Source of the DNA: Salinivirgaceae bacterium
GTDB lineage: Bacteria; Bacteroidota; Bacteroidia; Bacteroidales; SZUA-534
Length of the DNA: 64,000 nucleotides
Reading direction: 5' to 3'
Assembly: GCA_024405635.1 (NCBI GenBank)
Contig: JAKSOL010000001.1
Location: 80,048-144,047, forward strand
Shown one piece after another: positions 56,119 through 64,000 of this stretch. Under the pieces are notes generated by a model. The model ran no database searches and had not been told where the DNA came from. It saw nothing but the letters and a program-made list of their open reading frames with translations. Positions within the stretch are counted from its first letter, which is position 1; each line of letters begins with the position of its first letter. Position numbers and translations under genes: made by a program.

Positions 56119-56373
56119 GTTAATTAGTTTTTTAGTGTTACGAGATTGTTTTATGCAACTATTGTTCCAAAATCAATCGATGGATTGATGGCGAATGTTA
56201 AAAGTGCATGCTTTGGGGTGGGTGAATGTTGTAAGTTGTTGTTAATTAGTATGTTGATGCGTTAGGGGGAGATGATAAAAAACGTTTTGTCGCTCTTTTT
56301 TTTGTTTGCTGAATTTGTTTTGATGTGTGCAGTTAAACCACGATACAAACACAATTTCCCATATTAACGCCCG

Positions 56374-56545
56374 TAGAGACGCGGCATGCCACGTCTCATT
56401 GTATTTTTTTTGGGGGAGATGGCGTGTGCCATTTCTGTGTTTGGTGAAAATCCGTTGGTATTTGGAGACGCCGCGTGCGACGTCTCTACAAACGCAACAT
56501 GCCACATCTCATTGTATTGGTTTTTGGGAGATGGCGTGTGTAACG
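56374..56545. repeat. Pair of imperfect direct repeats in non-coding DNA. Each can form an 11-bp bulged hairpin and is associated with a GAGACG/CGTCTC palindrome.
   Basis: catgccacgtctcattgtattttttttgggggagatggcgtgtgcc (56385-56430) versus catgccacatctcattgtattggtttttgggagatggcgtgtgta (56498-56542). GAGACG...CGTCTC arms lie at 56376-56397 and 56465-56486. Confidence 0.8.
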
Positions 56546-56558
56546 TTTTTACAGGAAA

Positions 56559-56595
56559 CAAAAAAAGGCATTGCCGTGAGTTGACAATGCCTTTG
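56559..56595 (-). terminator. Terminator downstream of the 1266-aa surface protein gene
   Basis: The stem is aaggcattg(56566-74)/caatgcctt(56585-93). On the minus strand it is followed by T7. Confidence 0.8.
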
Positions 56596-56617
56596 TATGG
56601 TTGCGGTTTACGTTATT

Positions 56618-59600
56618 CTATTGTTCGCAAACTGGGCGCACAGAGTAACCGTAGCATCGATATTCTCTGTTAATTTTTAAATCATTCATCTCTATAACCA
56701 AGTACGTCGCTTCAAATGCGCTGTAGCCTATTGAACGTGACCCATAGATGCCGCAAGTGGTGTATTTGGCTGTTTTTCTTATGCAGCCTGCTATAGGAAG
56801 AAAAATATGCTTATCATCAATAGTGTATTCGGTCGTTGATTTTTCGCTGCTTTTTAAAACCCTTTTGCCCATGTCGGCAGAGTCCTTCGCCTTATAGACA
56901 ATATATCCATTAACTTTTTTGCCGTTGTATGATTCGGTAAATTCCCAATAGCAGGTGTTGTAGAGTTCCTCCAGTTGATCGTATGTCGGCATTTTCCAAT
57001 TGCCGCCCCATGTCTGCACGGCTACATCATCGTCATCGTCAAGTTCTTTCTTATCGTCAATAATTGAGCCATAACGGTCGTTATACTTGGTTAGAGTGTT
57101 ATAGGTACCTTCACTCCATTTGTATGTGCTCCAGTCGTATCCAACCGAATAGCCATCTTTCCATGTCGGTTCGTCTGTGTTGCCGCCTGCTGAATAGTGA
57201 GTCTCAGTCTCACCCCATGCGTAGTAGTCGCCAAATTCTTCGGGGGTGTTAGCTCCTATGTTAGTGGTTGCCCAAAGGGTGCCGCTTGGCAGTTCAAGGT
57301 CAACATATTCAGGCTCTTTTATGGTTGTAAACTCAAAAGTTTTGCTTTTTAATGTGATGTTGTTGTAATCAATTTGGGTGTAGTATTGGTATTTAGTCTC
57401 TGGGGTTAAGTCAGTTAAAACAAATACAAAGTTTGAGTCGTTAAGCTCTTGTGTTTGCCAATCTTCTGACGATGTTTTGTAGTATATTGAATATTTGGCA
57501 CCATCGAGACTTGTAGTTTCAAGTTTTATGCGTGCTTGGTTGAAACCAACAGATGCTGAACTTGTTTGCGGGATATTAATAACTGGGCGCACAGAGAACC
57601 CAGCGCTGCGATCGTAGTCGGATAAACTCACGTTGCTCGCGCTGAAGTCCAAGTAGTACGCGGCGTCGGATTCGTCCGCGCTGAGCGAACGCGACCAGTA
57701 GCAGCCGTTGTAGGCATGGAGATTCATATCCCAATAGCCAGCGACAGGAAGGAAAATAAAGTTGTCGTTCACGCGGCTCTTTACCTTATAGCCATAGACA
57801 TCGTTTATTGATGTCCATTCCCAGTCGCACTCATTACGGAGTTCGTCCTGCTGTGTCTTGGTAGGCATCTTCCACGCTCCGCCCCATGCCTGTGCAGCTG
57901 CGTCGTCAGCATCTTCGAACTCGGTTTTGTTGTCAACAGTACCGTATGAACTGCTTGTGCAATATTTGGTCATTGTTGATGACGAATCATAGTACCACTT
58001 GTATGTGCTCCAGTTGTACTCACTTTTTGCTTCAGTTTCGCCCCAAGCAAAAAAGTTGCCTGCATCTTCGGGATTAAATGCTCCAACGTTGGTTGTTGCC
58101 CAAAGAGTGCCGCTTGGTAGTCCAAGGTCAATATACTCAGGTTCATTTGTGGTTGTGAATTTTAATGTGTCGCTGGTGTATGTGCGGTTGCGGTAATTAA
58201 CTTGGGTGTAGTATTGGTACTCAGTGTTGCTGGTTAAGTCAGTCAAAACAAATACAAAGTTTGTGTCGTTAAGCTCTTGTGTTTGCCAATTTTCTAACGA
58301 TTCTGTTTTGTAGTATATTGAATATTTGGCACCGTTGAGACTTGTAGTTTCAAGTTTAACGCGGGCTTGGTTGTAACCAATGGTTACAGTGCTTGTTTGC
58401 GGAATACTAATTTCTTTGTACTGAACTGGGCGAACAAACATGGGCACTGTATCAACTTCGCTAATTAAAATTTTGTACTGCCAATTTTCTTCTTTGGCAG
58501 TTTTCCTGAAGGTTAGATATTTGCGAGAATTGGTTTTTTCGTCAATTGTCGATGTCCAATAGTTGCCGTAATAGAAATTGTTTTCGTAAGTGAATTTATC
58601 TGCGCGGAAGTAAATAGAATTGCCTTCGTATCCCTCAATTTTGCTAGTTACTTTATATCCTAACGTGGTGTGATAATCTGGGGTGTAGCTAATTAATTCC
58701 CATTCACAATATTTTTCGTTAAATAAATCTGCAAAATCTTCTGCGCTAGGCAAACTCCAGTTTTCGTTCAATTCTTTTGATAGATATTCATTTCCTTCTT
58801 CGTAATTGTTGTCGGCGCCAATGTTGGTGGTTGCCCAAAGTGTGCCGCTTGGTAGTCCAAGGTCAACATATTCAATTTTAGGATTACGATTAACCTTCAC
58901 TTTATACTCAACAACATCGCAAGTGTCGTATCGTTGAGTGTCTCCAGTGCCGCTGTATATAACTGGCTGAATTACAATAGTTACCGAGTCGTCTTTGTCG
59001 GCATATTGTTTTATGCTCGATTGATAGTCAATTGACAATGTGGCATTTTTTTCGCTTTGTTCAGTACCATAAATTGATAATGCACTGTCGTCTTCAATAA
59101 GAGTAATTTCAGAAATGGCATCTTCGTATAGTCGTGTTTGTTTAATTTTTACTGATGCTGAAACTAATGCCAATGCCTCATCTCCATCGTTAAGTGCGGT
59201 TATTTTTTGCGAAGGAACAAGTTCAAAACGCAGACCAATTATACCAGTGTTAACTCCTTCTTCATTGTTCCAACTTTCCAATAGCTTTAAGTTTGGATTT
59301 TCGGGAATACCTAAAACTCCAACCTCTCCGGTTTCGGTTACAACCTTTTCGGTAGCAACCACTTCTTCAACAGTAAAAGTAACGCTGTCGGTGCTAACAA
59401 CCATAAGTTGCACTTGAGGTTCGTCAACCTTGGCAATTGCAAAAGTAGCATTGTCGTTTAGGTAAATGCGGGTGCTGTCGGCCGAAAGGGTAAAGTAGTC
59501 GCGTTCGCTGGTTGTGTTTTTAGCGCCGCTGCGTCCACGTACAGCAAAAGCCGATTTTGCAGCTTTTGACTCGTCGGTGTTAACGTAAATAACTGTGCCG

Positions 59601-60418
59601 GTAGCATCAATTTTAAAAGTTACGTTTGATTTAGCGCCGCTGCGTCCGCGCACTGCAAAGGCCGATTTTGCAGCTTTTGAGTCTTCGTCGTCAATGTAAA
59701 CAACGGTGCCGTTGGCATCAACCACAAAACTATCGTCGCCACCTTTAGCGCCGCTGCGTCCACGCACTGCAAAGGCCGATTTTGCGGCTTTCGATTCGTC
59801 GTCGTTAACATAAACGGTTGTACCATCGCTGTTTACAACCAAAATATCTTCGGTGCTTTTAGCTCCGCTACGTCCGCGAACAGCAAAAGCCGATTTTGCA
59901 GCTTTTGAGTCGTTGGCGTCAATGTAAACAGTTGCGCCGTTTTCGGTAATTTCAAACACAACATCGCCGTTTGCGTTAACCACGCTGAATATTGAACCGG
60001 TTGTGTTGCCGTCGGCTTGTATGGCTTTTGGGTATTGTGCAGCGTACAAAGCGTAAGGAACGGCATTTAGTTTGTTGGTTATCATTGCGCCAAAGTTTGA
60101 CCCGTTTTTCAAATCGAACTCAAGGCCAATGTTTAAGTTCATTTTGCTCCAAGGTATAGCGTCAAAACTGCCTGCAAGAGCATTGCCCATGCCAACATTT
60201 AGCGAAACGTGACCAAAGGAGTTGGTTTTAACCGATTGCAGTTCTTTGTAGCAAACCGAATCGTTTGCCAAAATGCTGATGCGCACTGCAACTTGTTGGT
60301 TGCTTACAACAGCTTGGTTAGCATCGCGCACAACTGCTTGATATACAAAACTTTTTTGAGCAAAAGAGTGGCTTAAAACACCGCAAAGCATTAGAGCCAG
60401 CAAAAGGATTTTTTTCAT
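56618..60418 (-). CDS. 1266-aa secreted multi-module surface protein: conserved N-terminal beta domain, 4 tandem ~38-aa repeats, then three lectin-like modules (G(L/E)PSGTLWATTN; FISUMP/DUF1566-like family, assignment tentative), the last two each preceded by an Fn3-like domain
   Basis: It has a signal peptide (MKKILLLALMLCGVLSHSFAQ). The repeated motifs are EPEY(V/I)DL(G/E)LPSGTLWATTN(I/V)GA...WGETE...W(G)G.WKMPT...IFLP.AG...YWS.S...G(F/Y)SVRPV, and Fn3-like IPQTS..V.(I/V)G(Y/F)NQAR(V/I)KLETTSL(N/D)GAKYSIYYKT. Confidence 0.75.
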   Translation of the reverse strand: MKKILLLALMLCGVLSHSFAQKSFVYQAVVRDANQAVVSNQQVAVRISILANDSVCYKELQSVKTNSFGHVSLNVGMGNALAGSFDAIPWSKMNLNIGLEFDLKNGSNFGAMITNKLNAVPYALYAAQYPKAIQADGNTTGSIFSVVNANGDVVFEITENGATVYIDANDSKAAKSAFAVRGRSGAKSTEDILVVNSDGTTVYVNDDESKAAKSAFAVRGRSGAKGGDDSFVVDANGTVVYIDDEDSKAAKSAFAVRGRSGAKSNVTFKIDATGTVIYVNTDESKAAKSAFAVRGRSGAKNTTSERDYFTLSADSTRIYLNDNATFAIAKVDEPQVQLMVVSTDSVTFTVEEVVATEKVVTETGEVGVLGIPENPNLKLLESWNNEEGVNTGIIGLRFELVPSQKITALNDGDEALALVSASVKIKQTRLYEDAISEITLIEDDSALSIYGTEQSEKNATLSIDYQSSIKQYADKDDSVTIVIQPVIYSGTGDTQRYDTCDVVEYKVKVNRNPKIEYVDLGLPSGTLWATTNIGADNNYEEGNEYLSKELNENWSLPSAEDFADLFNEKYCEWELISYTPDYHTTLGYKVTSKIEGYEGNSIYFRADKFTYENNFYYGNYWTSTIDEKTNSRKYLTFRKTAKEENWQYKILISEVDTVPMFVRPVQYKEISIPQTSTVTIGYNQARVKLETTSLNGAKYSIYYKTESLENWQTQELNDTNFVFVLTDLTSNTEYQYYTQVNYRNRTYTSDTLKFTTTNEPEYIDLGLPSGTLWATTNVGAFNPEDAGNFFAWGETEAKSEYNWSTYKWYYDSSSTMTKYCTSSSYGTVDNKTEFEDADDAAAQAWGGAWKMPTKTQQDELRNECDWEWTSINDVYGYKVKSRVNDNFIFLPVAGYWDMNLHAYNGCYWSRSLSADESDAAYYLDFSASNVSLSDYDRSAGFSVRPVINIPQTSSASVGFNQARIKLETTSLDGAKYSIYYKTSSEDWQTQELNDSNFVFVLTDLTPETKYQYYTQIDYNNITLKSKTFEFTTIKEPEYVDLELPSGTLWATTNIGANTPEEFGDYYAWGETETHYSAGGNTDEPTWKDGYSVGYDWSTYKWSEGTYNTLTKYNDRYGSIIDDKKELDDDDDVAVQTWGGNWKMPTYDQLEELYNTCYWEFTESYNGKKVNGYIVYKAKDSADMGKRVLKSSEKSTTEYTIDDKHIFLPIAGCIRKTAKYTTCGIYGSRSIGYSAFEATYLVIEMNDLKINREYRCYGYSVRPVCEQ
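59453..59998 (-). repeat. Four tandem ~114-nt coding repeats with an invariant core encoding SKAAKSAFAVRGRSGAK
   Basis: The protein reads ...ATVYIDANDSKAAKSAFAVRGRSGAK / TTVYVNDDESKAAKSAFAVRGRSGAK / TVVYIDDEDSKAAKSAFAVRGRSGAK / TVIYVNTDESKAAKSAFAVRGRSGAK. The nucleotide core gc(g/t)cc(g)ct(g/a)cgtcc(a/g)cg...gccgattttgc(a/g)gc recurs. Confidence 0.9.
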
Positions 60419-60560
60419 TTTATATAGTACTTATAAATGCGGCCCAAAGTTAATTCAATTATTAGAATTGAGGATTGAAAATATGACTTATGTCAATGAA
60501 ATTTTTTGTGTTTTACACACAATGAAGTGGAGCCTTAGGCACCAAGTGAGGTTTAGACAT

Positions 60561-60611
60561 AAAAAATCCCAATTCCTAAAAAGCCGAGAGGCAATAAGGT
60601 AATTGGGATTT
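60561..60611 (-). terminator. Terminator downstream of thiC (long-loop hairpin with a nested mini-hairpin)
   Basis: The stem is aaatcccaatt(60564-74)/aattgggattt(60601-11). On the minus strand it is followed by TTTTT. The inner element is gcctctcggc+TTTTT. Confidence 0.6.
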
Positions 60612-60633
60612 GTGGGAAAAATGTAACAAGCCG

Positions 60634-62361
<1,728 letters not shown>

Positions 62362-62568
62362 TTATTTCAAAATGTCGTTTGTAGCATGCACTTTTATTTG
62401 TGCGGTTCAAAGGTAATTCGTTCGGTTGATTTATAGTTGCATTTTATTCACGTTTAGCAAACATGCGGTGTTAAATTATGGTTTGAGACGTGTTTTATGT
62501 TGTGTAATAGCTTGTTTGTGTCGATAACAAATGCCTTTGATATTTGTTTTTAATTGTTAGCAAAACTA

Positions 62569-62600
62569 AAAAGCGAGACTTGTTGGCCTCGCTTTTTGTA
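62569..62600 (-). terminator. Terminator downstream of the partial paralog gene
   Basis: The stem agcgag(62573-78)/ctcgct(62590-95) has flanking A and T runs. Confidence 0.6.
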
Positions 62601-62626
62601 TTATTAACTGACTTGGTTATTATTTA

Positions 62627-64000
62627 CTAATGAACCCCTGCATTTAAATCCTCTGATGGAATTGGTGGGGTTAGAGAATGTATTTTAACTGGGCGAATTG
62701 GAATTCCGTATTTGCGATTAATGTGGTCGTTTTTAATTTCAGATTGCTCGAGGTATATTACTTTAGCATAATCTGAATAGCTTACAGATAGAGAATTTAA
62801 CCAATAATAGTTGTTGTAACTTGCGATTTCTGTGTTAACGAAGTAATGTGCAGCGGGAAGGAAAATATGGGAATCACTTAAGCCGTATTCACCTGTTGGG
62901 TTAATCACCGAGTTACTATTTACTATTTTGCCTTTGTCGCTATCGTCTTTTGTTTGATAAACGATGAATCCTGATGTGTTTGTGTTGTTGTAATCGTTTG
63001 TCCACTCAAAATAGCAATTTCTAAGGAGCTCATTGAATTGTTCGTTTGTTGGCATTTGCCAGCCGTCTCCCCATATTTGTGCGGCTGCGTCGTCTTCTTT
63101 TTCTAGTACAATTATGCTATCGCCAATAAAATTATTGTTTGAATCATACCATATACCGTTATACTGGCCGTCTGCTGCCTGGTATTTATTCACGAAATTC
63201 CATTCAGATTTACCATCCTGCATGTGCTTATAGGTACTCCAAGAGTAGTTTTCTTTGGCTTCAGTTTCGCCCCAAGCAAAATAGTCGCCTGCATCTTCGG
63301 GATTTAATGCTCCAACGTTGGTTGTTGCCCAAAGAGTGCCGCTTGGTAGTCCAAAGTCAACATACTCAGGTTCATTAGTGGTTGTGAATTCTAATGTGTC
63401 GCTTTTAAATGTGCGGTTGCGGTATTCAATTTGGGTGTAGTATTTGTATTTAGTGTTGCTGGTTAAGTTAGTTAAAACAAATACAAAGTTTTCGTTTCCA
63501 AGTCCTTTTGATTGCCAATCTTCTGACGATGCAGCTTTGTAGTGTATTGAGTATTCTGCGTCATTCAAACTTGAAGTTTCAAGTTTTATGCGAACTTGGT
63601 TGTATCCATTAGTTATTGTGCTTGTCTGCTTTATTCCTGCTTTACCATTAATCTTCAATTTGTATTCTATGCTTTGACAATCATAATTTTCGGCATCAGT
63701 AACACCAATACTTAATATTGGATGTATTAAAAGAGAAATATTTTCTTCTTCGTCAACATATTGCCCCGCGTATTCAATGTTATAACCAAAACTTAGCGTT
63801 GCTTGATTTCTGTTTGGGTCTAAATATGATGTTGTGTAATAAATAAAATTACTATTTGTAGTGCTATCGGGCATTATTACAATGTTACAGTTGATATTTG
63901 CACTAATATTGTTTAGTGTAGGCACTTTTTGACAAGGAATGTAGTTGAATGTAATGCAAACCTGTTTTTGGTTTACATCTAGACTATCAATTTCAATAGA
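62627..64000 (-). CDS. Paralog of the 1266-aa surface protein (Fn3-like plus lectin-like module), 5'-truncated by the window edge
   Basis: The frame stays open from 63925 to nt 64000, with no stop upstream of the track's GTG. The motifs are TNGYNQVRIKLETSSLNDAEYSIHYKA...EPEYVDFGLPSGTLWATTNVGA...WGETE...WGDGWQMPT...IFLPAA...YYWLNS...GIPIRPV. Confidence 0.8.
   Translation of the reverse strand, partial: SIEIDSLDVNQKQVCITFNYIPCQKVPTLNNISANINCNIVIMPDSTTNSNFIYYTTSYLDPNRNQATLSFGYNIEYAGQYVDEEENISLLIHPILSIGVTDAENYDCQSIEYKLKINGKAGIKQTSTITNGYNQVRIKLETSSLNDAEYSIHYKAASSEDWQSKGLGNENFVFVLTNLTSNTKYKYYTQIEYRNRTFKSDTLEFTTTNEPEYVDFGLPSGTLWATTNVGALNPEDAGDYFAWGETEAKENYSWSTYKHMQDGKSEWNFVNKYQAADGQYNGIWYDSNNNFIGDSIIVLEKEDDAAAQIWGDGWQMPTNEQFNELLRNCYFEWTNDYNNTNTSGFIVYQTKDDSDKGKIVNSNSVINPTGEYGLSDSHIFLPAAHYFVNTEIASYNNYYWLNSLSVSYSDYAKVIYLEQSEIKNDHINRKYGIPIRPVKIHSLTPPIPSEDLNAGVH

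Noticed and set aside
56376-56486. Four CGTCTC/GAGACG (type IIS enzyme recognition) sites clustered within ~110 bp
   Set aside because: They are explained by the palindromic arms of the repeats. There is no reason to infer engineering or restriction-related biology.
56242-56673. Short ORFs (56242-56505, 56327-56584, 56364-56561, 56386-56673) in the structured intergenic repeat region
   Set aside because: They overlap one another in several frames. Their Cys/His-rich, odd-looking translations come from the palindromic repeats, and they run through the terminator. The region is treated as non-coding.
56618-56800. Diversity-generating retroelement (DGR) hypothesis for the lectin-like C-termini (...YWS.S......G.SVRPV), a fold family often diversified by DGRs
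   Set aside because: No reverse transcriptase gene is present in the window. The downstream non-coding region shows no template repeat similar to the 3' end of either gene. Differences among the three module copies are not adenine-specific.
59453-59998. Possible CRISPR-like or non-coding tandem array
   Set aside because: The repeats are in frame inside a long ORF, with variable stretches that are also coding. There is no repeat-spacer architecture anywhere in the window.
62400-62440. Partial THI-box-like string on the minus strand (ACCUUUGAACCGCAC...GUGC) upstream of thiC
   Set aside because: The conserved CUGAGA element and the GGGGUGC-type P1/P2 elements are missing, so I cannot call a TPP riboswitch. 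The absence is reported as a finding instead.

Overview
This is a Bacteroidota-like chromosomal window: a T9SS type-A C-terminal sorting domain, lipoprotein/signal-peptide N-termini and ftsK-lolA synteny all point that way. It is mostly dense housekeeping and glycan-metabolism genes. These include truA, a CCA/HD nucleotidyltransferase, an RluB-like pseudouridine synthase, an O-antigen-ligase/TPR protein, ftsK, a LolA-like protein, a LOG-family protein and an S41 protease. They also include a GH27 enzyme, fmt, a GH16-like protein, two GH13 glycogen enzymes, an outer-membrane barrel, class I fumarase, dnaX, umuDC, a large multi-sensor protein, clpB, an M23 peptidase, a GH2 enzyme, an acyl-CoA ligase and thiC. 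I saw no rRNA, tRNA, CRISPR array, integrase or transposase.

Five regions stand out.

1. A ~6.8 kb AT-rich insertion (18416-25255) is flanked by 53-bp direct repeats that duplicate the LOG gene start. It carries an array of Rhs/YD core fragments fused to different C-terminal toxin-like tails. Each is followed by a small gene with a signal peptide that looks like an immunity gene. The array also holds a toxin remnant and a frameshifted immunity-like gene. No full-length rhs gene is present.
2. dnaX is split exactly at an A11 run. The 0 frame stops after a gamma-like 372 aa. The tau-like C-terminus is open only in the -1 frame, which is the reverse of the E. coli arrangement.
3. Two paralogous multi-module surface proteins flank a thiC gene that lacks a recognisable THI-box. 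They share ~0.3-0.4 kb near-identical nucleotide cassettes. One carries four tandem repeats with an invariant SKAAKSAFAVRGRSGAK core.
4. A non-coding pair of structured repeats lies at 56.37-56.55 kb.
5. Two domains look degenerate: a hemerythrin-like C-terminus on the sensor protein and a GH16-like fold lacking both catalytic Glu residues.

All functional calls rest on motif and family recognition by eye. No database search was possible.
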